A stretch of DNA of 64,000 bases from Acanthaster planci. Its lineage: Eukaryota. Below the pieces are notes generated by a model that was not told the DNA's origin, searched no databases, and was given only the letters and a program-made list of their open reading frames with translations. How positions within the stretch are numbered: position 1 is the first letter of the stretch; each line of letters starts with the position of its first letter. This document shows positions 36,801 to 45,084 of the stretch, piece after piece. The DNA lies in the NCBI RefSeq assembly GCF_001949145.1, contig NW_019091362.1, forward strand, positions 2,778,204 to 2,842,203, in the 5' to 3' direction. Made by a program: the position numbers and the translations under genes.

Positions 36801-39800
36801 TAGATCTCTGTATGTACTGCTGTATGGTCCCTTGCATGCAAAGGAAGATGGGAGAATGGAGACGGGGACCAGACTAATTTAATTAATTGGAAATTAGGGG
36901 TGTTGTTTACCCAAGATGACTGCAGAATATTGTGTTGACTAATGCACAGAGGGATTGAATGACTTAATGCATAGGCAGCCCAGACCTCACTGCAGAAGTG
37001 CCAAATGCCACAGTCTCATTTGCAAAACTAACTCCAGGTGGCGATGCATTGATTTTCACAGTGAAGCGCTTTTTGTGAGTGTGAGTGCTGCGATGGGCCT
37101 TCGTGAATTCATGCAGGATTATATAGCCAAAGGTTTGATCCATGCATTTAACTCAGCAGTGCGTGCGCGGCATGATGGTTGTATTTTTTTTTACATACAT
37201 AGGGTTTCCTCTGAGCACATTAGGCCGATGATACATGGACATAAGGTGTCTGCTCAAATATAATTATATAACATAACATGGACCCTATAGCACATGAATT
37301 GAAATTGCACATGAATATGTAATATTTTTCTTCCTGTGATTGTTTGTGGCAGATGTGCACTTATATTTTTTATGTGTCATGTTTAAACATCCTCCACCTG
37401 ACAGAGTAAATCTCTATAAACTTGAGAACAAATTTAGAGCCTCTCAGTTTATCAGGTTTTCCTTCTTCCTGTTGTTGTTTTTGGCGGGAAATGAATTTCT
37501 TTTTCACTACTGTAGATTATCTCTCTATGGAATTTTTACAGTAAATTACCTCTGTACAGATGTCTACATGACAGAAGAATATGTAATAGACGCAGTGCCG
37601 TTTTAAATGGTCATTTTGCTGATCATTTTCACAATATTAGCTATATGGCAATGACTATATTCCATTCAGTGATTTATTTGATGCAGCGCTTGTAATGAAT
37701 AATCCTGGCCAAACTGATCCTGAACACTGCATAGCTTGCTGTCGGGCTGTGACACCATCAAAGGCTGCAGTCCAACCACTAAATTCAATTGAGATGTTAA
37801 CTGTTTCATCAAGGATGCATGTTCATGATTGTTAAGGGGATAAGGCATAAGTAGATACATGTGTATCTTACACGTGTAGGTTCCCGAAAAACCTTGTGAG
37901 ACAGTATGGTAGCCCTTTGCTATGAGTCACTGTGTTTTAGCTTGGAGAATCCATGCGTGATCATGCAGGCAGTCTGCCCATCAGGAATGATAATGATGCA
38001 CAAGCAGTCTCTGGAGAAAATTCCAGAATATCTGAGAAATGAAACAGACTCACACAGTTTGATTTTGTTGAGGTTTATAGAGGGATTTTAAATTGCTCAT
38101 TAAAAAGCAATATGAAAGCAAATGATTCAAGCAAAATGGAAGTGCTATCCACGTGGGAAGAGTTTTTTTTAAAGAAAATTTCAAATAGATAAATTGAAGT
38201 GTTGGATCACGTGTGGAAGGTAAAATTCTGTTTGTCTTTGCTTTTCAGTTGGAGAGGAGAGTGCGGAAGAAAGTGACTGGTCTTCAGAGGATGAAGGCTC
38301 TGCCTCCAGACGGGTCCGTAATGATGGCGGCCACAGGAAAGCGCGGCGCAACCGGTCCCGCAGAGACCGTAAGCAAAAGGACGCTAAATTGGATGAGAAG
38401 CAGAAAGTCAGCAAACCCCCCGAGGAGAAACAGGAGAATACGGCCACACCGGCCCCCAGCGCTCCGGTCACCCGGCTGGCCGAAGTCCTGTCCAGCAAGG
38501 AAGGGCTGAAGAGCGCTGCCTTGAAGTCCACTGCCAGGGATAACTCCAATGCCAAGGACGAGGCAGAAGGAAAGGTCTCCGAAGAAGTGCACAGCGACTC
38601 AACAACAATCATCAAGTGAGCTGATTTCTGACTTTCCATATTGGTGTCTGAGTGTGGAAGGTCAGGTATTTGTGAATGTACAGTACATTGCAGTTGAAAG
38701 TCAACACTGGGAATGGGAAATTTTGTGAGAGGATTTCACTTTCACATTTCACAAGGGATGAAAGTTTCCCCACTCGCTTGAAAAGGCCTGAGGATGTTTT
38801 CCTGTTTGTGTGATAAGTTGTGAAAATCTTTTTCCACTGTTTTCTACATTTTGTGAAATAAAAATGAATTCCCCGGGGAGAAAAAAAGTGTGAAGAAAAG
38901 TTCCCATTCCCAGAGTTTCAGTTGCTATGTGCTGTACGTTTCTTAGTGGCGATGCTTTCTAGAAGAAATGTTAACTCCTGAGAGTAAGATTGCTCAAGAG
39001 TCAATCAGCCCACCAGGGGATGAATTTGTGCTTACATGAACAATAATAATATTCAGTGTTGTAGGTCTCGAGACCTGGTTTCGGTCTCGAGACTGTCTTG
39101 AGACCTTTTTTTGAGGTCTCGGTCTCGCCCTGTCAAGGTCTTGGTCTTGGGAGGGCCAGTCTCAGTCTCGAAAGCGCCAATCTCGGTCTTGGTCTCGGCC
39201 TCGTATGCAATAGTCTCGGGTCTCCCCCTCGAGACCATAACAAAGTGCGCATCTAGCTACCACGCATGCACATGGTTGCAAAAGGCAAACTTACCTCCAC
39301 TTGAGTCAAATCTTCAACCACTGATATAAATACAACACAGTCTTGTTCAGATTTTTTGCAATAAACAACGAAATCGATGCTGAAATGACGACTAGTCAAT
39401 GCAGCATGATGCAGCCTTGTCCCAAGTTGTTACTTTATTTCCAATCCAGAATAGCCATGCTGCTTGACACCATGGAGATGAGGTTGTGAGTAGCGGAATT
39501 CGCACACTAGACTGGTTCCCATTTCCTACGTAGTTTCCTGCTAAACGTAGGGCTGGGACAGGAACCAGTCTGTGTGTGTGCGCACGCTATGAATTGTGTG
39601 CACTTGTGAAAGTGCTTTCATTCTGTCTTGTACGTGGTACATCTTTTTTGGATATTTGTTTTTCAGTATTTTGCTTACAAAAAACAGTCTAAGGATATTT
39701 GTTTTAATGATCATATCATTTGGGACACTCGGGTTGAAAATGACCAGACCAGGGTAAAAGTAGAGCAGTATCTCTGATAAAACTGAGACATTCTTTAACA

Positions 39801-42800
39801 AATATTTGACCTATTTGTGTGTGTGTGAGTTTATGCTAATGTTTTCATTTATTTCTTTTGTACTTAATTGCACTGCTATATGTTTGTCCCTATTTACCTT
39901 TTGGTAAAAACTAAACATTGGTTTATGGTTGGTCTCGGTCTCGGATGTTGTGGTCTCGGCCTCGACCTGCAAAAGTCTGTTTCAAAGTCCTGGTCTTAGT
40001 CTTAAAGTAGTAGGTGTTGGTGTCATATGCCTTGGTCTCGTTCTCGGTCTTGGTCTCGGACACCAAGGTCTCGGATAATATACACACTAATAATATTCAA
40101 GAGAAAATTTTGAACCACAGTAAAATCCCATCACCTCCCAATGTTGCCTGTTGTACATAAAAGTGCACAAACACAGCTGTGTGGTCATAACAGCACACCC
40201 ATCCAGCTTCTGTCCCAGTTTATACATACCTACTTATGTGTGTGTGTGGGGGGGGAGGTCTGTTAACTTTATTCACTTGGATGTCATCGCTAGCACAGCA
40301 GGATCCAAGGACTCCAGAATCACTGCTTTAGTGGCAACAAGCTAAAGTATGGGGACACTGAGCTTATAATGCATGAAGTATTCCTCGTGAATTATCTAAG
40401 CTGTGCAATGACAGAACTGGAACCTTCACTGAAAACAGCACCTAGCATGTCCACGAACAATTCGCCGCACATGCACATGCGATACATACATAACACATCG
40501 GTGAACCACAACACATTACATGTAAAGAACTGAAGTCTCTCAGTCCCTTTGATTTTGGGGGGTTTTGGAGGGATCTTTGGAGGGACCGTCGTTGCATTTC
40601 TTGTACAGTAATGGAATGAAGAAACAAGAAAAATCCTACGGGATTGTAAATTGTTTCTGGACCCAAATGGACCCTTCAAGTTGAAAACGACATCAATTTA
40701 GTACAGTTAGGGGCCAAAATGCCATGGTGTGTTGCAAGTGATGACCTCCCACAGAACTGTATTGACTGTACACAGATAATAGAAAATAAATAGTTATCAT
40801 CCTTTTACTTGTACTTTGGCTTGTACTTTGTCCAAAATATACCTTCTTCTATTCGACCTTTGACTGCCTTTTTACATTTTCCACAAACAATACCAGAAAA
40901 CACACAAAACGACATGGTATGCACTCGCACAACTATGAACCAATGCAGACAGCCCCGGCCAAATCTCATTGGGCCCCCACACCCGGGCCCTTTCTCAGTG
41001 CTGCATCTCAATGCATGATCTGTGCTTCAGCTCAAGATGAGAACATTGACCAGGAGAGTAGGGGACCTGGGGAGGGTATGTCTATTGACATGTGTCCAAC
41101 AGTTTTGGCCAGGATGGTAGATTGTGGTGAATTTGAGTTCTAACTGAAGAGTTTCAAGAAGGGATTATACAAAGTGATTTATCGTTACAAAGTTTAGAAG
41201 AATCCTAATGCTCTCCGGTTTACAGTGTTGAGATGTGAATAATAGCAAAGTTATGTCTTTAGTAAAGAGATTTCCCAGGATAGGATAAGGGTCATAGTTG
41301 AGTTGGTTAAACTGAAATAATTCTGGAATGGATAAGCAAGCTTTCTCGTATTCTGATATATTCCTACTCAAAATATACAACATTCTGATTTCTTCCAAAT
41401 GCGGCATTGGAATTTTGTGCTATCAGAAATTGTGCCTAAGATCAGTTCATAGGATTTCATGTGCTTTTTTAATAATCTTGCTGTTATGCCCATTCCTAAA
41501 TCTTCTAGCCAGCGAACTCTTTACACTCTTCAATAATTCTCTATCCCTCTCGGCCATGCCCTAGGATAAAACCCCCACCCACTGCACCCAAGCCCAGGGC
41601 AAAACGGACCAACAGCACCAAGTCCAGCGACGGCATGGAGGACAAGCCTGGAGAGTCAAGAAACTGCAAAGCTGCAGAAGATAAGAACACAGACGAAGTG
41701 ACAGCCACCTTTGGTCCAGTAGATGACAACATTTTTGACGGGGTAAGTGTCACAGGATGTGGTAAGTTGTATTGTTATACCACGGTCATAGATAGTGAGT
41801 TTTTAATCGTTCATGAATTGATGTGATTGATATCATGATATGCCACAAGCATGCATTTATGATCGAGTGCATTGGTGATGTTGCCATGCCACAAAGAAAT
41901 GATGGATAATGGTGATATTTCCCACAGTTGACGTGTCCACTGCGTTGTTATTGGGAAACCTTGGGTATGAGGATAGATAGCCACGCTGGTACTACTCTTT
42001 AATTATTGTAAGAGATGTGCTGTGTATGGGACAGTGAAACACTATGCATATTCATATGTGACCCACCACAACAAAATGAGCGTAAAGTCACATTCCGCTC
42101 TTTTCTGTTTTGAGGGTTTAAACTCATGGAGGTCAATTTGGGGTATTGTAATATTTGAAAGAGCAAGCTATCTCCTATTTAATTCCAAATATGTCGCAGG
42201 ATCATATATTTAAAAATGTCATTTTCTCAACAATTTGACAATAGCATTATTCGTGCCTTGTCAGAAATGTTGAAACAATGCGAGAACAAAAACACCAAGC
42301 TGCCCAAACAATTTCACATTATCTCATACTTCAATCGTAAGTGTTCAAAATACACACCGTTGGGAAAGCTCTCTTTTGCTGAATTCAAACATACCAATAT
42401 CTCAATTTTTGAAAATTCCGACTTTCAGCTCATTTTGTGGCGACAGCTTGAATGTACTCTGACCATGACCAAGACCTGTAGGTTAGACTTCCGTTCCTGG
42501 GCCCACCCATGCTTTTGGAACATGAGTAATCACTGGTTTCTGCTGCAGCTGTCATTGTTGTTTATATTAAATGCTAATGCCATTTTCTTTTCTCATGTGG
42601 TCTTCAATCTTGCCAATGCTTTTTACCAGAATTTTGTGTAAATAATGTCTTGAAATTCAATCAGTTTACAAAAACCCAGTGCCTTATGAATCCCAGTTTT
42701 CTCTGTAAACCAGTTAGGTTTAAATCCTACATTTTCCCCTCTTTTCAAAACAAAAACAAAACACAGCTCAACAAAGGACAGCACAATCATTTTAAATTTT

Positions 42801-44384
42801 CCTTTTTATTATGTATCTAATTTGCTGCTCAAGGGTTTGAATTCGTCTATTTTTTTTCATTTATCTTGCAGTGAAATATGCATAAATTACACACAAAAGT
42901 GTAATCTATGAACATGGTGTAACAAACCAATTGTTGACTGTTGTGACGGGGTCCATGGTGTTTTGTACACCCAAGGGCCAAATGGCACTCAAGGTGAAGC
43001 CCAGGGTGTCATTTCCCCTCCCCCCACAGTTTACCAAACCCACGGACCCCTACACAGCAGGCAACAATTGTTTTATGTTAACTTGACAGATGATAGAGAT
43101 TGACCCCTCTTCTCATTATGATGCTCCAGTCTTCAAGAGCACTGTCCCAAGAAACAGGGTTATGCCATAAAGTAGCCTAGCTCTCTGTCATCATAGGTCC
43201 AATAAACTGAGGTTAAATCACTTAAATTCCCATTGTGGGTTTCAGCTGTGTAGTTGAGTCCAGCACAAGTTTATTACGGGTTGAATCACAAATAAAAAAA
43301 ACAAGTCCATCATGCATCCATCACAAGTTGAATCACAAGGCAAATTACATATCTGGCAACAAGCACATGGGACGAATGATGACAGCGCTATAGCTTTGTT
43401 ACAGTTGAATTTGATCGTTTGAGAATTGACTTGATACAGGTTGACTTTTGGTGAACATATGAGGGCTTTAACATGGATAGGTGTGACTGGCCATAAAGAG
43501 TGGAACTGTTGAATAACTTGTCAGGAAAGGGATCAAATATTTGATTGTTGGGCATTGTAAATTTCCAAATGCAAGCATGCCTGGCATGGTTTGATACACT
43601 GTAGGGACATGCTTCTAGACTCCTTTGCACAGGAAAAATCATTTTTTTGTGCGGAAATGAGCAGAAGCCTTTTTTTTTGCACCAGATGTACATGTAGGCC
43701 ACTTGACCCCAAAGGGATAACAGATAAAAGTCAATATTGAAAAGGTTGATTACTCCAAAAAAGTTGACACTCCCTGGCCATTTTTGCTCGTGCATATTTC
43801 TTTTGAAAAACAGCCACAACTGTACATGCATGTGCATGTATAGTTCATTGCAACTGAAAGTTATACTGGGAATGGGAAATTCTCTTCACACTTTCGCTCT
43901 TCCCATGGGATTCATTTTGATTTCACAAAATGTGGAGAGCAATTATGAGAGGACATTTTCACAGCTTTTCACACAAGCAGAAAAACAATTTCACGTCTTT
44001 TCACACAGGTGGGAGAACATTTTCATGCCTTTTCACACAAGTGGAGAAAAAATGTTGACATTTTGTGGGAAGTGAATGTAAAAGCGAATTCAAAAGCAGC
44101 AGTCATCGGCAAGAATCAACCCAGGATCTTCTACACTCCGCATCATACATGTTCAACCACTGTGCCCACACTGGAGCATTAGAGTCATTGTTCCGATTCC
44201 AGTTTCAACCTTTTCTTTTCTCCGTTTTCCCCTCCAGATGGAGATCACTAAGCCAAAGCTGACATCTTACAAGCGCACCATGGGGCCGCAGGGCCGTCGC
44301 CTGCCCCAGCGCTACTCCAACCAGGTCCAGTCGCAGCGCTTCTCCAACCAAAGCACCAATTCCCTGGCCGCTGTGTCCGCCTAA
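1..44384 (+). CDS. Multi-exon gene (5' part outside window): coiled-coil/disordered scaffold protein with C-terminal CPI-like motif. Exons <1-866, 7026-7115, 8104-8153, 9048-9130, 12938-13016, 13366-13465, 13937-14302, 14927-15173, 38249-38615, 41565-41742, 44238-44384
   Basis: Manual splicing at GT-AG sites gives one open frame of ~856 aa ending in TAA at 44382-44384. Intron phases 0,0,2,1,2,0,0,1,2,0 all match across junctions. Family not recognised. Confidence 0.8.
1652..1680. repeat. 11-bp perfect hairpin followed by T-rich tract; possible 5' end of a Helentron-like non-autonomous element extending to ~2.7 kb
   Basis: AGCTGTTTCGG-7nt-CCGAAACAGCT then poly-T/CT. The element assignment and extent are inference only. 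Confidence 0.4.
7026..7115 (+). CDS. Scaffold gene exon B (coiled coil)
   Basis: tttcag|GGA...GAG|gtaac. Encodes GELREATKIAAQYKIQIDELEKDLTQAKAE, phase 0-0. Confidence 0.85.
7594..7639 (+). repeat. Minisatellite, ~3 x 16 bp
   Basis: (ACACAGATCAGGTGTG)n. Confidence 0.9.
7690..7833. repeat. Fold-back palindrome (~64-bp arms), MITE-like
   Basis: AATAGTGCGCCTCCAAGAGTTTGCAA ... TTGCAAACTCTTGGAGGCGCACTATT. Confidence 0.85.
8104..8153 (+). CDS. Scaffold gene exon C
   Basis: Pyrimidine tract + gacag|ATT...AG|gtaagt. Encodes IAKLEERVAIDSNQDS, phase 0-2. Confidence 0.85.
9048..9130 (+). CDS. Scaffold gene exon D
   Basis: ttttcag|A...G|gtaga. Encodes (R)SKEESSDPDFDKRIAEAKDTEAKSRLE, phase 2-1. Confidence 0.8.
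9608..9790. other. Assembly gap (183 N)
   Basis: Run of N. Confidence 1.
9791..9873 (+). repeat. Minisatellite, 18-21-bp unit x4, running into the assembly gap
   Basis: (AATGGATTGACAACACCACAT)n. Confidence 0.9.
11266..11431. repeat. Inverted repeat (~41-bp arms)
   Basis: CCATTTGAGCAAGTGATACGCCTGC ... GCAGGCGTATCGCTTGCTCAAATGG. Confidence 0.8.
12285..12519. repeat. Inverted repeat (~60-bp arms), MITE-like
   Basis: TTTGCTCT...TGCTGCCATAGACATGCAGAGCC vs GGCTCTGCATGCCTATGGCAGCA...AGAGCAAA. Confidence 0.75.
12938..13016 (+). CDS. Scaffold gene exon E (coiled coil)
   Basis: ttcctag|TG...AA|gtgag. Encodes (V)VQTELLASKDEINRLLSHLAQVTRE(K), phase 1-2. Confidence 0.8.
13366..13465 (+). CDS. Scaffold gene exon F (coiled coil)
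   Basis: tacag|G...GAG|gtata. Encodes AEMVSAKVHKELLRMAEERANRAEMKAMALERE, phase 2-0. Confidence 0.8.
13937..14302 (+). CDS. Scaffold gene exon G (Pro-rich PKIPPR motif, basic disordered)
   Basis: ctgcag|CTG...AAG|gtaca. GC-rich coding composition, matches ORF 13946..14311, phase 0-0. Confidence 0.85.
14927..15173 (+). CDS. Scaffold gene exon H
   Basis: ttacag|GTT...ATCG|gtaagt. Encodes VSFLQRVQSR...SEYEVPMDPVQRFAGTPLI, phase 0-1. Confidence 0.85.
15474..15760 (-). mobile_element. tRNA-derived SINE, same family as 57604-57918
   Basis: Reverse strand reads GGGTTTGAATCCC (B-box), GCCATATGTGAACAGAGTTG, GTTCTCTGGTTTT, GCTTGACCA, AGGATGAT, collinear with the 57.6-kb copy. Confidence 0.7.
15729..15802 (+). 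repeat. Tandem duplication, 2 x 37 bp, at SINE head
   Basis: CCAGG(T/C)GACAGTGATGGACGTATGTCCAATCGTTTTC occurs twice. Confidence 0.9.
16182..16226. promoter_or_regulatory. Paired inverted CCAAT (NF-Y-type) boxes, candidate internal promoter
   Basis: CTGATTGGCCA (16182-16192) and TGGCCAATCAG (16216-16226) are full NF-Y-like contexts ~34 bp apart near the start of the 23-kb intron. Confidence 0.35.
17131..17205. repeat. Short inverted repeat (14-bp perfect arms)
   Basis: GAGGGCGCTATTTG ... CAAATAGCGCCCTC. Confidence 0.7.
18877..19064 (+). other. Candidate non-coding 5'UTR exon
   Basis: Strong acceptor (ccttaattcttttttcag) and consensus donor CAG|GTAAGT. No convincing coding frame. Confidence 0.35.
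20296..20383 (+). CDS. Putative alternative first coding exon 1 of scaffold gene
   Basis: agaATGG Kozak context. Encodes MAFLFTLPQRLYMFIQSVFYTQDHWSQNE. Strong phase-1 donor AAG|GTAAGA is compatible with exon I. Homologous to the 31866 exon. Candidate acceptor ttcttttttcttcag at 19935/19936. Confidence 0.6.
22798..22902 (+). promoter_or_regulatory. Candidate promoter of nested GPCR
   Basis: AGCCAATCAG (CCAAT 22801), CRE-like TGACGTGA (22835), second CCAAT (22851) and TATAAA (22897-22902) in canonical order, ~270 bp before the ATG. Confidence 0.45.
23173..24579 (+). CDS. Intronless class A (rhodopsin-like) GPCR, divergent adenosine/aminergic-like orphan, 468 aa
   Basis: Seven hydrophobic segments. 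Motifs: TM1 SN, C3.25, WDRY, TM4 W, TM5 P, RRERK before TM6, WCNSAVNPIVY (NPxxY), helix-8 FKKDF..FKKLFHC. N-terminal sequons NFS and NNS. First ATG at 23173; ATG at 23182 has the better Kozak (acaATGG). Confidence 0.92.
   Translation: MNTMANFSINNSQANCVFQDSPSCLLFQIFMSIIAAFGIFSNALVFIVISKFPNMRNVPNYLTASLVLSNWFVCTTAVPFGVLLSEAPDVCRKIACGVPLGISIFLTMVSLWSQCPIVWDRYFIIKLPTVYPRKRSARGAVAAIAVTWLIPALLATPYIAINPDTPSHEHAPAQLHYHPVGPGFYLFCLIVGIGLPILALVLANVAILVEVMRRRKKKIRSLPAALSSKVPARASLAGTSLTALPVLHPIPKKAQSEPASCRGGRKITVSRVNRALICAPTLGEHSSAHDQRPSRVVPRYPLLESTKGRKHGPNLHLKLALPLRHGMKPGTGAPHCRRASAPSTRPSHQGSTISRQAKRRAACISVIHAHGLGTGQGRQVPQAFWFRRERKTFLVTFVILGITVGLMLPMFLFESYVSVGPGTPLLGHMQVSRMLWWLSWCNSAVNPIVYTVFKKDFQVHFKKLFHCT
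25599..26073. repeat. Long fold-back palindrome (~225-bp arms), probable MITE/foldback element
   Basis: AATAAGCC...GGCTTATT ends. Arms pair almost continuously (e.g. TTTGAATAAAATCTGGTACACTGAGTT / AACTCAGTGTACCAGATTTTATTCAAA); loop near 25830. Confidence 0.9.
28182..28270. repeat. Short inverted repeat (18-bp arms, 1 mismatch)
   Basis: TATAGTCACCTGGTCCCT ... AGGGACCTGGTGACTATA. Confidence 0.7.
31866..31956 (+). CDS. Putative alternative first coding exon 2 of scaffold gene
   Basis: ggcATGG Kozak context. Encodes MAFTAILELPRRFVSFINRLLHGWDTLSED. Phase-1 donor ATG|GTATGT. Upstream acceptor ttaactttcag at 31617/31618, with in-frame stops before the ATG (5'UTR). Confidence 0.6.
38249..38615 (+). 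CDS. Scaffold gene exon I (acidic then basic disordered)
   Basis: cttttcag|TT...AA|gtgag. Encodes (V)GEESAEESDWSSEDEG...DSTTII(K), phase 1-2. GC-rich island in an AT-rich intron. Confidence 0.85.
38681..38934. mobile_element. MITE, Tc1/mariner-type (TA|CAG...CTG|TA)
   Basis: Imperfect ~35-40-bp TIRs including CTGGGAATGGGAA / TTCCCATTCCCAG, flanked by TA on both sides. A second copy lies at 43841. Confidence 0.7.
39054..40089. mobile_element. Non-autonomous hAT-type DNA transposon (~1.04 kb)
   Basis: Exact 8-bp TSD ATAATATT (39046-39053 and 40090-40097). Imperfect TIRs CAGTGTTGTA / TAGTGTGTA. Dense subterminal GGTCTC(G/T) hexamer arrays at both ends; no transposase ORF. Confidence 0.85.
41565..41742 (+). 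CDS. Scaffold gene exon J (PPPTAPKP motif)
   Basis: ccctag|G...GGG|gtaagt. Encodes IKPPPTAPKPRAKR...DDNIFDG, phase 2-0. Confidence 0.85.
42920..43080. mobile_element. Degenerate palindromic MITE-like element
   Basis: CAATTGTTGACTGTTGTGACGGGGTCCATGG ... CCACGGACCCCTACACAGCAGGCAACAATTG. Confidence 0.6.
43841..44075. mobile_element. Second, inverted and truncated copy of the 38681 MITE
   Basis: Begins TA|TAGTTCATTGCAACTGAAAG..CTGGGAATGGGAA and aligns by eye to the reverse complement of 38740-38934. The far end is approximate. Confidence 0.65.
44238..44384 (+). CDS. Scaffold gene terminal exon K (CPI-like motif)
   Basis: Long pyrimidine tract, ctccag|ATG. Encodes MEITKPKLTSYKRTMGPQGRRLPQRY...AAVSA*. 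AATAAA hexamers lie downstream (~44431, 44866-44993, ~45304). Confidence 0.85.
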   Translation: MEITKPKLTSYKRTMGPQGRRLPQRYSNQVQSQRFSNQSTNSLAAVSA

Positions 44385-44863
44385 CGACTCACAGTCTGGA
44401 CAATGAGAGGTCTTCTTCTTCAGGATTGTAAATAAAGACATGTAATTATTAATTCAATTGTTCTTCTTTCAATACCTTCAAATAGCCAACAATCAATGAC
44501 GCTTGAGACTTTGAAGTTATCTGTTGCACTATAGAGAGAGAGAGATAAAAAAGAGATGGGTATTTAAAAAGACAAGATCAGAAGGTTTGCTGTGTTGAAA
44601 TGTTTCAGTCTCCATGATCGTGTTTTAGCACTCATTTATGCCTGTCAGACTGAGGTCAGAACTAGGCGTTGTCAAGCTAACACTTCTGTCAGATTGCAAG
44701 TAAAGCATGTTGTGTATCGCTTTTAAGCCGTGCCTATCCGATGGTTCTGTTTGTGGCCATGGACAAGTGTCCCTGGCAGGCTCTTGATTGTCACTGCCAT
44801 CTTGCAGCCAATGTCCACACCAAGAGCCTACGGCCAGTGCACATTCTGACCAAGCTTCTTTTG

Positions 44864-45084
44864 AAAATAAAGACAGAATAAACAAGTACATCGCACATGT
44901 TGTATTGTCCTAAGGGGCATTGTTGCCAAGACAACAAAAGTGAAGAAAAAAAGCGAAGGTGAGTATTGCCGCAAAAAATAAAGACAGAATAAACAAGTAC
45001 ATTGCACATGTTGTATTGTCCTAAGGGGCATCGTTGCCAAGACAACAAAAGTGAAGAAAAAAAGCGAAGGTGTGTATTGCCGCA
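44864..45084 (+). repeat. Tandem duplication, 2 x 111 bp, in putative 3'UTR
   Basis: AAAATAAAGACAGAATAAACAAGTAC...TATTGCCGCA is repeated with about three substitutions. Confidence 0.92.
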
